Notes under the pieces: generated by a model | Told to the model about the DNA's origin: nothing | Databases searched by the model: none | The model's input: the letters and a program-made list of their open reading frames with translations, nothing else | Assembly (NCBI GenBank): GCA_000091205.1 | Contig: AP006488.2 | DNA from: Cyanidioschyzon merolae | Taxonomy: Eukaryota | Direction: 5' to 3' (one strand) | Length of the DNA stretch: 64,000 nt | Made by a program: the position numbers and the translations under genes | Shown here: piece after piece, positions 10,164 through 23,344 of the stretch | How the letters are laid out: every line of letters starts with the position of its first letter | Position numbering within the stretch: the stretch's first letter is position 1

Positions 10164-12794
10164 GCCCAGCATCTTCATAGAAGACGTGCTCCAGACGCCA
10201 AGATTTTGCGTGGCTCGTATACCAGATGAAAACTTGCCCAAAGCCTAGAACATGGTTGCAAGGAACCCTGGGTCCAACTGGATCATGCAGGATGCGCTTT
10301 CGTAAGGGCATGTGGTAGCCACGGTCACCGCACCGGTATCGATGCACCGCGGCGCATAAACATGGCTCAGATGCAACGGGGCAACGGTTGAAGGCTACCG
10401 GGTAGCGTCAGCTGTGGAGCTGCACGGGTACGTACACAAGCAGAGCAGCGAATCATGTGCAGCGGGAGCTCATTGTCGCAAATTCATCATGGTTTCGTTA
10501 CAGCATGCTTGTAACTAGCGAATACACGACATAGGCGCGCAAAAGTCTTTTATATTACCGTTGTGCGTTCCTGAAACATGAATGCTGTGGCTGTTCAGCG
10601 AGTGCATGCCACTTCGCACGATGAACTCCGCTGTCGTGCTCGAGAATGCATGGCCCATGCCATCAGCGGTGGCACTGAAACGAAACCTGCTGCAACTTCG
10701 ATGGTCGGTCGGCGAAAAGCATGAACCTGTCCCATGGTAATCGGCGTCATGGTTGTAACGCTCTCTGTTCGACACTGGGACACCGCGCCGGACTAGGTTG
10801 CGCAGGTCCATCACATCATCATGAAGCTTCCGCTGGAGACATAGGACTTTGCCATCTCTTCAACTCGTGTCCCGAATGTTTTGTCAAATAAGCCTCTACA
10901 CCCAAGTCGGACGAGAATAGAGCAGATAAACTTTGCCAACTCGGGTGCATACTCCAGAGTTCTCTATTCTTCGAGCCATCACGAGCGCCGTCCTTGGCAA
11001 TGTCTTTCTGCGACTCCTTCTTCCTTATCTCTTATCTCCGGTATTGAAATACGCCAATCCCTCCTGTCCCGCCAGCTTTTTTGTCAGCTGTCGAGGGACG
11101 TTGATCCCAGCGCTAGTCCCGATATTGCCGGTTGCGGGTGTTGACGACACATTTCATGCACTGGCGCAGGTTGAGATCTAGGCTGCGCATGCCATTGCCA
11201 TCTTCTCGTTTGTAAAGCGTGTTGGTGTATCCCTCGCAGCGGTGACACTCTAGTGTGATACGATGTTTCGAGATGTCCACCGCATCTCATGCTCTGGGAG
11301 CCTCCTCGTAGCACGCGAAGCAGTCCAGAGGTCTCGCCTCTATGCCCTAGTCCATTTCCGCACCCATCGCCATCCCCTATAATAACAGGCTTATTATGAG
11401 CGACTTTCTCGGCGAACGCGCTATCCGCTGCGCGCGCAAGAGCACGCTGTTCCATTGAATAGAGAGGATTTCTGGAACGCGATGTTTTCCATGATGAAAC
11501 AAATACCAGAAGGAAAATTCAGACTGGAGACAAAGTCGATCAATTTCGAGCCGTCTGCGCCCCGTGTGTGTCATGCGTTGGCGCGCGCTCTCTCCACTCG
11601 GAGCGATCGTTGCGAGGACTCAAGTCCGAGTTTAGGACCCTTTGCCATTCGAACAGAAGACACGGGAACCTCTCGGAGCATAAACATTGATCGAAATACT
11701 GCAGGTGACGAATGGCGATTCGTCGACGGCCACAGCCCCAGGCAGAAATGTCTTTCGAGTGAAATCCATTGTTTGACATGTGAAGTTCATTGAGTTTTCG
11801 ACACGAGCTTTTGAACGATTCGTCAAGGAACACGCCGAGAGTTCTTCCTCATCAATCCAATGGCGTGAGTTTTTGTTGCGCCTTCGAGTTGCTTTGTGGC
11901 AGCTTGACCGAGTATTTGAAGAATGCGTAATTTGCACGTGTCGCATGCAAGGAAAAGAGAAGAGTGGCGGTTTGTAGGTATGACTCGATTGATGTTATCT
12001 GTTTGTTTACGAATCCCTGATCGCGGGCCTTGTGAATCATGTCGATGACGATGTCGTGACAAATCCCGGCGGCAAAGTATCGAATGAGCCATTCCAAAAA
12101 GTCCACCGCAAATCCGAAACCACTGCGTAGATCCATATGCCACTACTAGTGCAGTTTAGATTCACAGGTTGCACATAAATGAAAATATCGGAATATAATC
12201 GAAAAGCAGGAAGAGAACGAGCTGTTCAGCGTTCCGATTTGATTCTGAAACAGGACTAGTACCAGTGGGTTGTCTGGTTTCCGAAAGCAAACATATACTC
12301 GGGAAGTTTTCGTTGGATTTATCGATCTCACGCCGCAAAAAAGATTCGCGGGGAAACATTGTTGTACGCTTGCAGATAGTGAAACATTTAGTCCGTTATC
12401 AGAAAGCGTTTGGGAGAACGCGGACCAGGACTTTTGTAGGCAACGCTTAGAGATGAGGCTCGCCTTAAAACAGCATGGGCAGCCTATCGAGCTGCTGCTT
12501 CCCTGATGATGTCGTCGGCACCACAGTGAATATCCACGGTGCGCTCATCAGAAGGAGACCTGGTGGAATGAACGAGCGTGGGATCTTGACGCAAGACCCA
12601 CTTGGAGCAAACGGAAACTTGGAGCTGCTGGGTAGAAGCTAATATGCGTTCTTGCTACGGGTAGCTTTCGTCCAACTGCGATCATTTATTTTGATCTGTT
12701 TACCCACAAACCAGTTAAACTTATGCTCTGTGAAACGAACAACATTTCACGACTATGACGTGTACATATTCACCCTTTCACAGACGCTTCCCAG

Positions 12795-13400
12795 CCTCTT
12801 TCGACCGGTCGCCTGCTATCGGTTTTCGTTTCTCCAGGCACTCCTCTAGCCGTAGAGCGTGTACCACAAGTTGGATCGCGTCAGCTCCTCGGGCCTCGTC
12901 TTCAGCACCGATCCTCGTATGATATTGACGGCAGCATTGAAATTCCGTTTCACGAGCTCATTGCGTGTATTGCCTCTGGCTGAACTTGCTAATGCAGGGA
13001 CTGCTAAATCAAGCAATCCTCTCTGCCGCTGCAGTCTCGATATCATCGCGTCAGACATGAAAACCTCTCCTCGCCTATCGCCCGCCTTCTTCATCTCCGT
13101 TACGCGCTCTTATTCGCTCGATGATCGGTGAGACAAGGATTTTTCCGTTTTTTTGCCGGCAGCCGGCGACACCGAGCCTCCAAGATCCTCGACTTCCATG
13201 TCCATAAATTTCCCTTGGATTTCTTATTTTTGAAAACTTACGCACTTCGAAAGCATCTGCCACGAACCAGGAAAAATCATCTGATGACACACACCGAGAG
13301 GTGGAACGCAACTGAGGTGTAAAACGATAACAACCCAATGCGACGTTGCAGATGCCTAGTCGCAGCGGTGACACGGGCGCCCGCGCATTCCTCCCCAAGT
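12795..13400 (-). mobile_element. decayed 3' portion of a Fanzor/TnpB-like element, copy B; RuvC-III fragment VKRNFNAAVNIIRGSVLKTRPEELTRSNL
   Basis: ORF 12846..13094(-) carries the RD.NAA.NI-type motif (here K-R-N-F-N-A-A-V-N-I). The frameshifted upstream ORF 13075..13398(-), ...EVRKFSKIRNPREIYGHGSRGSWRLGVAGCRQK, is homologous at protein and nucleotide level to copy A (KCVHFEEIKNPRESHGHESRGSYRATIAGCRKK). Nucleotide homology to copy A runs over about 12795-13255. Confidence 0.5.
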
Positions 13401-13795
13401 CCTGGCCAGGTGTGTTGCTCGCCGAGACAGTGCGAAGCAGCTGCGTAAAGGTTCAACGGAGACCGCACGAGTTCCTCGGAGGACACGAACCAAACCCATA
13501 ACACGCTGAGTAAGCGTGCTAGTACATCGCAGAGCTTGATCGCCATCGAGCAAAGCAGCAAACTTTGCGCGCCCTGAGCAAGTCGATAACCGTAACGCAG
13601 CCCCTCCAGGTGGAAAGACGCGCTCGTTCGGGCGTCAGAGAAAACCAACCATAGTCTATCGTAGCGCTCCGTCGTTCAATTAGATGTTTTGTTACGGAAA
13701 GTTGTTATGCATTCACTTGTAACCTGCGACATTCGGCTGCAGTAACCCGTCCTTGCGAGATAGTTTGCTACCCGAAGCCCGTCCCGAGGTGTACG

Positions 13796-14941
13796 ATGTG
13801 GCCAGAAACACTCAGCGAAACACCGCTCTGGAAACGGGTACGTTTTGAGGAGCGCTTGTCGATATCTCCAGCTGTGCTGCAAGGTCCAAAAACTGTCTTC
13901 AACGCGATCTACCGCAGTCTATTCAACCGACTTTTTCGTTACGACCCGCTTCTGCAGGGAACCGTGGTGTCGTTGCGTGCGGTACCTGGCGCCGCACTGG
14001 ATCCACTGCACAAGCGTCGGGCAAACACGTACACCGCTGCAGAACCAAAACTCGACCTAGAGGTTACGGATCGAGGGTTTTTCCATGTTCGGCTCCATGT
14101 GGAGGCTCTTGTTTTCTCTCCGCCGGTGGTTGATGGCGAAGCATCGATCGTTGTGAAGAATGGAACCCGGACGCGGCAGCTTCCTCGATTGTATGGTCGA
14201 GTCGTATTTCTCGGCACGCGGCATGTTGCACTACGAGTGTTTGGTATTTTTCACGCAGCCATTAGCGTGGATGATTTTCCGGGAGAATATCGACGAGAGC
14301 ATGACCGATGGATACCGTTAGCAGTAGATGCCCCAGGTGTCGACTTATCGGAGAAACAAGTTCGTGTCGGGGACGTGCTCTGTTTTGAGGTGAAAGATCT
14401 CCAGCACGCGTCCAATGGTATCTTTGTGATCCGAGGAGGGGTTCCCGTCCCCGATGCAAACTGCGTGGAGACGACGCCGGCCCCGGGAGCACCACAAGCT
14501 GATACCACAACGCGCCCTCTAGAGTATACGCTTCCGGATTACGAGGCACTTCACGATGAGTTACTTCGGAACCAAGTCGAGCGATTCCTCACGGCTGCCT
14601 GGCGCGCGTCGACGCTGGGCGACCATGTGGACATCGCGACGTTCCAGGAGCTTGTGAGCCTGGAAATACCAGGTCACGATGGAGCTGCAAAGCTACCACG
14701 AACCACGACAGATACGGAGACGAATCTGGGGGTTATCAGACTCACTGCGGACGCTATTGACCGCGAAATCATATGGGACGCTGATAGCGATAGCATTTCC
14801 GAAAACAGCACCGCTCACGAGGATCCGTCGGCGTCGAAACTCGAAGCCCTATCCGGAGAGTTCTTCACATTGGGGAACGCTGACTCGGACCCGCTGGCAG
14901 AGCTTGTAGCTGCTTCACGTGGGCACCCCACAGTCGGGTAG
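13796..14941 (+). CDS. RNA polymerase I subunit Rpa43-like (Rpb7/Rpc25-fold) protein
   Basis: N-terminal region LSISPAVLQGPKTVFNAIYRSLFNRLFRYDPLLQGTVVSLRAV resembles the Rpb7-like N-domain of Rpa43 (L.P..L..PL.GV...L.....Y....GGVVL.Y). A following OB-like segment VRLHVEALVFSPPVVDGEASIVVKNGTR is followed by an acidic, S-rich C-tail. The assignment rests on pattern similarity only. Confidence 0.4.
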   Translation: MWPETLSETPLWKRVRFEERLSISPAVLQGPKTVFNAIYRSLFNRLFRYDPLLQGTVVSLRAVPGAALDPLHKRRANTYTAAEPKLDLEVTDRGFFHVRLHVEALVFSPPVVDGEASIVVKNGTRTRQLPRLYGRVVFLGTRHVALRVFGIFHAAISVDDFPGEYRREHDRWIPLAVDAPGVDLSEKQVRVGDVLCFEVKDLQHASNGIFVIRGGVPVPDANCVETTPAPGAPQADTTTRPLEYTLPDYEALHDELLRNQVERFLTAAWRASTLGDHVDIATFQELVSLEIPGHDGAAKLPRTTTDTETNLGVIRLTADAIDREIIWDADSDSISENSTAHEDPSASKLEALSGEFFTLGNADSDPLAELVAASRGHPTVG

Positions 14942-16686
14942 CTGCTGTGTGCCACATGGCGTCGAGAACGATGGGTATGGAAAGCAACGCATGGCAGCGT
15001 TCTTGTCAGCTGAAGATGACGTCGCGGGTCACGTTTCTCCAGTCGTAAAGGGCAACCGCTGGATCCAGCGCCTGCCTCACATTCTATGATGAAAGCAGCT
15101 GAAGCGAATGTGGCGTTTCATATGCACTCCCTGGGATCTGATTCGCTTTCTCGATGCACTCATGTTGCAGCTGGAATATGATCCCATGCTTCCAACAGAA
15201 TACCGTTCTCCTCAATGGAGCCGCTTCGCTCCAGAGGTGTGCATTCATTCAGTTCGGCCCAAAATGGTGTGTTCAGCACGACGCCTTCTTGCAGGGACCG
15301 GTGCAGCGCTCTCGTACGAGCATTTAGTTCTGGTTCGGAACACGGTACAGCCAGCTCGATGCGAAACCTGAACGAGTGCATTCAGCCTGCGTTAAAGCAA
15401 GCGCATGCGAATACATATGGACTAGTAATGCGTTAAATGGAGGAGCACTCGCTCTCTTGGACCACCGTGCTGCTTTGAAGAAACAAGACAGGTTCTGTGG
15501 CATCCTTTTCTGACGCATGCACAACGATATTGCCCACAAGTTGCAGCAACCGAAGGTGTATCGGCACCGAAATAGATGGACCCCAGAAGCGATTGGTAAC
15601 GCCCGTGCCAATCGAACCCCGGCGAGACTGAGGCTCACGCAATGGATCTTTGTAGGCATGCTTAGTGATACAGGTCAATGGAGCACCATGACTGACTGGA
15701 AAATGGCAAACAAAACCGTTCGCTTTTTGTGTATGTGGCGCCCAAAATACGCTGGACCAGGGGCCCGTACCATACCAGCGAAATACTCGGGGCGAGAATC
15801 CAATGCCCCCTGTCCTGGGCTGTGATTTGTTCTCATCGAAAGTCTCTCCACGAGCCGACGCTCTCTGAATGGTACGGCAACGCCGTTCTGTCTCCGTGCA
15901 GCGACCGCACCGGCGCTATAGGCGCCATTGCGGATGCTCTCGGCAGGCATTTGGCACACAATAGGACGTTTAAAATGACCAGTATATCCGAGAAGAAGTA
16001 TAGGTAATGTAACTTGGAGGTAGGGGGTTTGATGGATACTTCACCGCGTACTGAAAAAAAATAAGAAAAGAAAAAGCACACAATCGGCGAACGCTGGCCT
16101 AACTTAAAGTTTTGTCAAGTAAGAAAACGAAACTCTCCAGCGTTTGAGCTCAATCTCCGCAGTGCATACAACACACTGCGCACGAACAAACGACTCACGG
16201 GAAATAGCTGGACGCTCCGTATGTATGAGACACTTTCAGATATTGATCGGTGCGTTGAAGCGCGGGTGTGGAGAACGTGCTTCCGCGCATTGCGGCTGAT
16301 GGAATCACATCATCGTGATGCGCTCTCTTGCGACTGCCTCGCCATTTGACGTTCGTTCAGCTTACCGTTCACCTTTTCGTGCGCCAGTTATTGTTTCACC
16401 TTCTTCTTCTTTACATGTTTCAGCGTTCATGCCCGCTCGTGATACGCATATGTGGTCCCGAACGCATCGATGGAAATCGTGCAACATCGATTCCCGCACT
16501 TGTTCTGGGTGCTCTTGTGGAAAGAGCAATCGTGCATCCCCGGCGAGTTACTGAACATCCAGCACCATACGCTGCCGCTCAACGAAGCGAAACCTAGGCC
16601 ATTTTGGTTTCCATTTCATAGCACAGTCTGACGAATGGAAGCTTCTTGCTTCAGTACAGCAGTCAATGTTGGCGAGCCTGGCGCGT

Positions 16687-17110
16687 TCACATAAACCACT
16701 GCCAAGTATCGTCGGCATGGGGCACTTTCGGTTTATGTGATCCACGAACGAAGCCTGCAATGCCTCCCCATTTGCTCGAGATGGTGCATCGGGGGTCGAA
16801 GAAGGTCCTGGCGCCGTCGTTCCACATGTTGGCACGCCTCCTGGCGTCAAAGAAGCCCGCCTCCAGATAATACCGAGTTCTGGAAAAGTTGAGCAGCTTC
16901 ATTAGCTCTCCATGCAGATCTTGGGTTCCGTACTCATGGTTAAGAGGTACGCCCAGAAACATGACGACCTTGAACCCGGAATCCAAAACGTCTACCAAAA
17001 CTTTTTCTCCTATATCCTGAACTGTTGACATTGAGATTTATTGCTCGTCTTGGGCATGGGGTTCACAATCTGAAAGCAGACAGATATTTCAAGGGTCGCC
17101 ACTGTCTATT
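16687..17110 (-). pseudogene. degenerate PPP-family/metallophosphoesterase-like fragment
   Basis: Minus-strand ORF ...LVDVLDSGFKVVMFLGVPLNHEYG resembles a GDxVDRG ... GNHE phosphoesterase core. The upstream frame reads CEPHAQDEQ-stop (GDxHGQ-like) with an in-frame stop, and catalytic residues are mutated. Weak evidence. Confidence 0.2.
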
Positions 17111-19860
17111 TTCACCTTTTCCCGCTTGCTCCCCCAAACCTGGAAACCCTGAAGGATCTCCATCCCGCTATCCCCACAAACTGTTTCGAATGCCTCTGAG
17201 TTGTAAGCAGAGATCACCCGTTGCTCACCTAGTTGGGTATAAAGTTCAGTACAGATTTGTCTACGATGTTGAGATCTACCCTAGTCTGACGTACACGGAG
17301 CATGTTGAGTGATAGCTCGAGGAGACGACGGGCACTCTAATGCAGGCAGGGAGTCTGCATTGCCCCGGAGGACTCTGTTCACTTGCCCAAATCGCAGTGC
17401 AGATAGGAACACTGTTTCAACCATCCTTTGAATATGACCTCATTTGGCCCGAGGCCGAGACCAACACCATGCCCTCGGACGATTTGAAGCGATCGCCACG
17501 CTCGTTGCGGCATCTCTTCCAAACTCGCTACCTCTTCGATCTCCTGCGCCAGCAGCTCGTCACCCGCCTCCACTGACACTCGGAGACTACTCTCCATGAC
17601 TCCCATTTTTCTTCGCCAGTAAGGAGATCGGAAAACGCCCACAGAGTGCGCTCCACGCAGCGCTCGAGCTAGAACCGCATTTGGGTTTTCTAGTCAGTTT
17701 GATACTGTTTGACACCTGCTTTGTGGATGTACCACTCGCAGACTGGGCACAGCAATGCGTCAACAAGTTCGAGGAAGCGCGTGCGCGAAGCTCTGATCCG
17801 ACGATCAGACCATTTTTGCATCCTCTGTCCAGAGCGTCAGCCGCTGCATGAGGGTATTATGGAAGGATTCCAGTGGAATGTGCACAGCTGGCTGCCCTGC
17901 GTCCGGAACACCCACAAATGTTTGTTTCATGATGTGCATCAAAGCGAGAGAAGCTCGACGAGCCTCCCTCGGGCCGGGAGTTCGACTACTCCGTATGGCG
18001 TCCTGCCTCGCGCTCTATGGAAGATTTCATCAATGAATACATTGCATGTGGGAGACGATGACACCCGTCTCGGATAGTTCTTTCTGCTCCGATTGTTTAA
18101 CTTGCTGTTCCATCTCGTCCTCTTTTGAGCTGGACTTTGCTCTTCTTAGTCTCGTAGGTTCTTCTCCTTCTCATCGTTAGCCTTGCCCTGTACGTGGTAG
18201 CGTAGCACGCATGTGGTTGCTATAATCTGTAACCATTGTTCTTGCGGACTCTGGAGTTCTGGGTAGACACTGATGCTGAAAAAAAGCCTTTTCTCTCTAT
18301 GAATCTACTAGTTTATATCCCTTTTCATAGTGTTATCCGTTGCGAGTACGCCCACCGGCATATGCGCTCGTTTCTGCTCCTTCTCCTCGCACGAGAAGCG
18401 GAGCAGCGCAGCAATCTAGATGTGGTGATCGTCGAGAACAACTTGTATATACATTGCGGTTTCACGGATGCACACGACTTTAATGCTGTTCAGTGAGCGT
18501 CGAAATGGCGCTCGACAACTGGAAAGGCACCATCGACAGGATTGATCCAGGGGCACGGGCTGGCGCGCAGAGACGCTCAGAATCAGCCTCAGCTGCGCAC
18601 ACGATGGCCTATTGAGCGTGGCAGAACTGGGCGTTGTTGAAGATCAGGACAGTTATATGTTAGGAGCATTCGCCACGAACATTTCTTCGACCAAGGATGG
18701 GGTGTTTAAGTATCCTTTATTTTTCCGATATGTAGATAGCCATACGACAGCGTCGCCGCTATGGCTAAGGTTGTCGTCATTCTCGCCTGTCACGTCTTTC
18801 CGAACAGCGGCTTGCCTCACATTGAAGGACCGCCGAGTTCTACTATCCATCCCGAGTGAAGCCATATCGAGTGAGACGAACAGCCGCTTCTGCTTTCACA
18901 AGCGTTCGCATCTCAGAGCGTCATTGAAAGCATTTTGTTCAACGCGCGCTTGCCTTCTAGATAAGCGTGCAATGTACTCGCCCACTTTGTACACCGTTCG
19001 TGTCAACGGTAACAAATCTTGGAATCCTGCGACTTCTTGAGATATTCTTCTTCGAGAGCATATGAAATGCAATGGATTGATGCGTGGATAGTCGTACTAG
19101 TAGCGTAAAACAAGTTCTTCCCTGGGTACACGTCGTTCAGGAGAGGAACTACGCCAAGCTTGGCGCTTATCCACCTGCTGACCCTGGAGCAACTGATTTG
19201 TTCGAGTAGGACCTTTTACCCATGTTCTCGGTGACGGCATCATGTTTTTCTTCGACTATTCTCTATTGTAAAAAGGCAGACTCCTTTTGTTGTGCTACTG
19301 ACAGAAGAACAAACAAAAAAGCGTGCTGCTGCATCTGCTCCAGCGTGCAGTGCTCTGAATCGAACGCTGCTTTGGCGATACCTCTGAACCTCGTCATTCT
19401 GGACACAATACATGCAACGCGGCGGCATCGACAGTGCCCGAGCGTTTCATGCACAGAACTAGACAATCCAGCACGGATTGTTGCCCTAGGCAACGTCGAG
19501 CACATATGTCCATTATAAAACCAATATGTTCAGCATCAGGAGCGTGCTCCTAGCGGCGCCTCATTTCGCCATCGATGGTGGCGGAGACGCTCGCACGGGC
19601 AATGACGTGCGCGCTCACGTCGCAAAGCCAGCGCATCGCGCTGCGTGAGCGTTCAAAACGTGAAACTACTCCGGTGTGTGAACTGACTCGTGTGCAGGGC
19701 GTGATCCCACTTCGTCCTTGTTCATCAGTTGGTTGCAGTGACATCTTTGTGTTTGTGGCGAAGAATTTGGCAGATCTGCTCGGTCTCTGAACTTGAAACC
19801 TTGTACTGCAGGAACGCACCGAAGACACCGCTTGGTGACGCATTGTGCTGGTGGTTTTTC

Positions 19861-22179
19861 ATGGAGGTACAACAACGTCTAGCATTTGTGGGATCTGTGG
19901 CAAGCAAGCAGTCGACTTGGACACCGTGCCAAACCGACGCCTTGAAAGCGTTGAACCAGTGCACGTGTGCACAGCTGCAGACGTCGCGGAGGCGTGCTGC
20001 ACGGACGCGTTCTCGTGCCGCATTACTGCGCTGTGCTGCTGACGATGGGTCGCTTGGAGAGTCCCACTCTGTCGAGTATACGAGCGCGGCACCGCTGAGC
20101 ACGCCTCTTCTGGATGCAGTGCGCTTCCCCGCGGATATGCGCCAGTTCACCGTGGGTGAAGTGAAACAGCTGGCGCACGAACTGCGCTGGGAACTCTTGC
20201 GTGCAGTGAGCAAGACTGGTGGACACCTCGGCGCCTCGCTTGGTGTCGTAGAACTGACGGTAGCGCTACACTACGTATTCAATACCCCGGAGGACGCGAT
20301 CGTCTGGGACGTCAGCCACCAAACGTATCCGCACAAGATTCTGACCGGCCGGCGTCATCGTATGCACACTCTGCGCAAAAGCGGAGGTATAAGCGGTTTC
20401 ACTAGAAGAGTCGAAAGCGAATACGATGTTTTTGGCGCTGGCCATTCGTCGACTTCTATCTCGGCGGCTTTGGGTCTAGCGATAGGACGCGATCTCGCAG
20501 GAAAGAAACAACATGTGATTGCCGTTATCGGAGACGGCGCGCTTACCGGAGGCATGGCCTACGAAGCAATGAACAACGCTGGGTACTTGAACTCGCGGAT
20601 CATTGTCATTCTGAATGACAACGGCCAGGTGAGCCTTCCGACGGGCACCAAGTCCGCTGCAGGCACCGGACCAGCTGGGGCGCTCAGTGGCTATATGTCG
20701 CGCTTGTTAACGAGCAAGGAGTTCCAGGACGTTCGCGCTATTGCAAAAGAGTTTTCTCGTCTGTTTCCGGATCCGCTGCAGCGCACTGCAGCCCAGCTTG
20801 ACGAGTATGCGCGAGCCTGGGTTGCACAGGGAGCTGGCGGCAACCGCGCGACGCTCTTTGAAGAACTGGGCTTTTACTACGTCGGGCCTGTCGACGGCCA
20901 CGACGTTGAGGTTCTCGTCAATGTCCTGAAGAATATTCGAGATGCACCCGGGAACAAACCGATTTTTCTTCACGTGAAGACGGAGAAGGGGCGAGGCTAC
21001 CCTCCCGCCGAATCCGCTCTAGACAAGTATCACGGTGTATCCAAATTCGACCTAGCCACTGGAAAGCAGATGGTTCCGATGCATTCACCTCCGAGCTACA
21101 CATCCGTTTTCGCCAAAGCGCTTATCGCAGAGGCCGATGAAGATCGCCGCATTGTTGGCATCACCGCAGCAATGCCGGGCGGTACCGGCATGGGCGCCTT
21201 TGGAGAGGCTCACCCTACGCGTTGTTTCGATGTAGGTATCGCTGAACAACATGCGGTAACTTTTGCCGCAGGCCTGAGTATCCAGGGTTTCAAACCGTTT
21301 TGCTGCATTTACTCGACCTTCTTGCAGCGTGGCTATGATCAGGTTATTCACGATGTTGCATTGCAAAAGCTACCAGTGCGATTCATTCTGGACAGGGCGG
21401 GCCTTGTTGGGAATGATGGGCCCACACATCATGGAACCTTTGACCTGGCATATTTGGGTTGCATTCCAAACATGATGATTATGGCCCCCAGTGATGAAAT
21501 CGAGTTGGTGCATATGGTGGCGACGGCGCGGGCCTACGATGAGGGCCCCTGTGCATTACGGTATCCACGTGGTACCGCTGTTGGCCTCGATGTTCTCCGT
21601 GAACACTTCGGGTACGATCTGGAGGCCATTCCAGTGCGGGGTAAGGTGCTTCCGATCGGCAAAGGCCGAATCATCCGCGAAAAGAAGTCCGCCAGTACCG
21701 CCGATGGCGCCGAAATCCCACGAGGCGTCGCAATCCTTTCACTCGGGACGCGTCTGCTCGAAGCGGTACACGCTGCAGGGCAGCTGGAGGCTCTGGATGT
21801 TGCATGTACAGTTGCAGATGCTCGATTTATGAAACCGCTTGATACGGATCTGATCCGTCGCCTCATTCGGAATCACGAAGTGCTGATCACCATTGAGGAG
21901 GGCAGCATCGGAGGATTCGGCGATCACGTGCTCCACTACGCTGCTCTGAACGGACTTTTGGACGAAGGCAAATGCAAAGTGCGACCCATGGTCATTCCCG
22001 ACGTCTTCATCGAAACAGGAACACAAGCTGAACAATATGAGGAAGCCGGACTGACAGCCGCACACATCGTGCGTACGGCTCTGCAACTGGTTGGAAAAGG
22101 CAATCTGCGCTTTGGTGGAAACGGAGTGGCGAATCCATCAGCGGGCACCGCGGCTGCCTCCCGCAACGCGCGGACTTGA
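19861..22179 (+). CDS. DXS: 1-deoxy-D-xylulose-5-phosphate synthase (MEP pathway) with ~80-aa transit-peptide-like N-terminal extension
   Basis: Full-length DXS signatures: [46 protein letters not shown], the TPP-binding [18 protein letters not shown] and IVILNDN, then [33 protein letters not shown] and RYPRG. The track start 19729 is a TTG and the first ATG is 19861 ([20 protein letters not shown]...). The presequence is rich in S/T/A/R. Confidence 0.9.
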   Translation: MEVQQRLAFVGSVASKQSTWTPCQTDALKALNQCTCAQLQTSRRRAARTRSRAALLRCAADDGSLGESHSVEYTSAAPLSTPLLDAVRFPADMRQFTVGEVKQLAHELRWELLRAVSKTGGHLGASLGVVELTVALHYVFNTPEDAIVWDVSHQTYPHKILTGRRHRMHTLRKSGGISGFTRRVESEYDVFGAGHSSTSISAALGLAIGRDLAGKKQHVIAVIGDGALTGGMAYEAMNNAGYLNSRIIVILNDNGQVSLPTGTKSAAGTGPAGALSGYMSRLLTSKEFQDVRAIAKEFSRLFPDPLQRTAAQLDEYARAWVAQGAGGNRATLFEELGFYYVGPVDGHDVEVLVNVLKNIRDAPGNKPIFLHVKTEKGRGYPPAESALDKYHGVSKFDLATGKQMVPMHSPPSYTSVFAKALIAEADEDRRIVGITAAMPGGTGMGAFGEAHPTRCFDVGIAEQHAVTFAAGLSIQGFKPFCCIYSTFLQRGYDQVIHDVALQKLPVRFILDRAGLVGNDGPTHHGTFDLAYLGCIPNMMIMAPSDEIELVHMVATARAYDEGPCALRYPRGTAVGLDVLREHFGYDLEAIPVRGKVLPIGKGRIIREKKSASTADGAEIPRGVAILSLGTRLLEAVHAAGQLEALDVACTVADARFMKPLDTDLIRRLIRNHEVLITIEEGSIGGFGDHVLHYAALNGLLDEGKCKVRPMVIPDVFIETGTQAEQYEEAGLTAAHIVRTALQLVGKGNLRFGGNGVANPSAGTAAASRNART

Positions 22180-23344
22180 GATGCCACTGCTCTTGAGCAG
22201 CGTCTGCGAGGCGTCCGGGCTTGAGGCTTCGCAGCGAGCGAACTGGCATGGATATGGTGCCTGATCAAGTCCGGTACCACGGGCATTTATCTTTGACACA
22301 AAGATCGTAAAATCATGACCTGAATCCGATCTATGGTGACAAACGCCGTGTGTTGCATGTTCCAGCAGCGAGTGGCCGGACAGTGCTGCCAGCACACCAC
22401 CGTGGACGACGGGTACAGACGGTGCTGGTATTGCGTTCCCGCGAATAGAAGCCGCCCCGACGACGTTCGTCGAAGCGCGACACCCGCGTCACCAATAGAT
22501 GCGATGGCATTCAGCAGGTCGTCCTTAACATGGGTATCGTGCGTAGGCGCAATGTCTGGAGGAATACTCCGTGTTGTTGTTGGCTGTTACGCAGCGCGCG
22601 TCTAAAACAGGTACAGCGTTGGATAAAGCTGGATGCGAGAACGTGCAGCTAGCGCCGAGGCTTCAAGATAGACAGGACATGCGGCATGGCTTCGTGCACC
22701 AGGTACGCGCACCCGGTGGCGAATGAGCAGAAACTGCGATCGGACGCATGGGGCAAAGCTACCGGCTTTGATGCGCCTCACGAGTGCCACAGTCATGTTT
22801 TTAGAGAAAGTGAGACACAATCGGCGCTCACTCTGGTGCCGCATAACGAGTATGCAACGGGTACAGCGTCAAGCACCTTGGGCGCGCGAACTCGAACTCA
22901 GATTTCTTTTCTACATACGGCTTGGTGTGAACGGGCGCAGAGCGCCAGCTCGGTCTCTGCGCTTTTCCACTTTTGTATCGTAGAACCTGGCGTCCTCGGT
23001 GTGCATGGAATGACGCTGGCACATCGGCTACGCAAAATGCCAAGCGCTTTTGGCAACGCGACCTGCGCGAAATGGACGGCGATCGGACGCTTACAACTAC
23101 TTTTGTAGTCGCGCAGCAGACCAGTGGACAGCAGGGACACCAGCTAAGGACAGCGGAAAACGTTTGGACGCTACGCTGCGGCGCGCAGTGCGCCTCGTTT
23201 CCATACGTTCCGAGTACAGCGCTCTCCGTAAAGCCAGTCAGCGAGACAATTCGACGGCGCGTCCGATAGGAAGCTGCACAAACAACCGTACACACCGACC
23301 CGAGAGGAAACGCACACAACGTCTACAGCGGATTCATGGATAAA

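Noticed and set aside
15590-15640. ccggggttcgattgg on the minus strand resembling a tRNA T-arm
   Set aside because: The stem is not complementary (CCGGG / TGGCA). I could build no acceptor or anticodon arms around it.
19729-19860. Track start for DXS (19729) and for Cho2 (23692), TLC (32785), TBP (35382), APC6 (56825) and SmD1 (3416)
   Set aside because: These are TTG/GTG codons rendered as M by the ORF finder. I moved starts to the first in-frame ATG.
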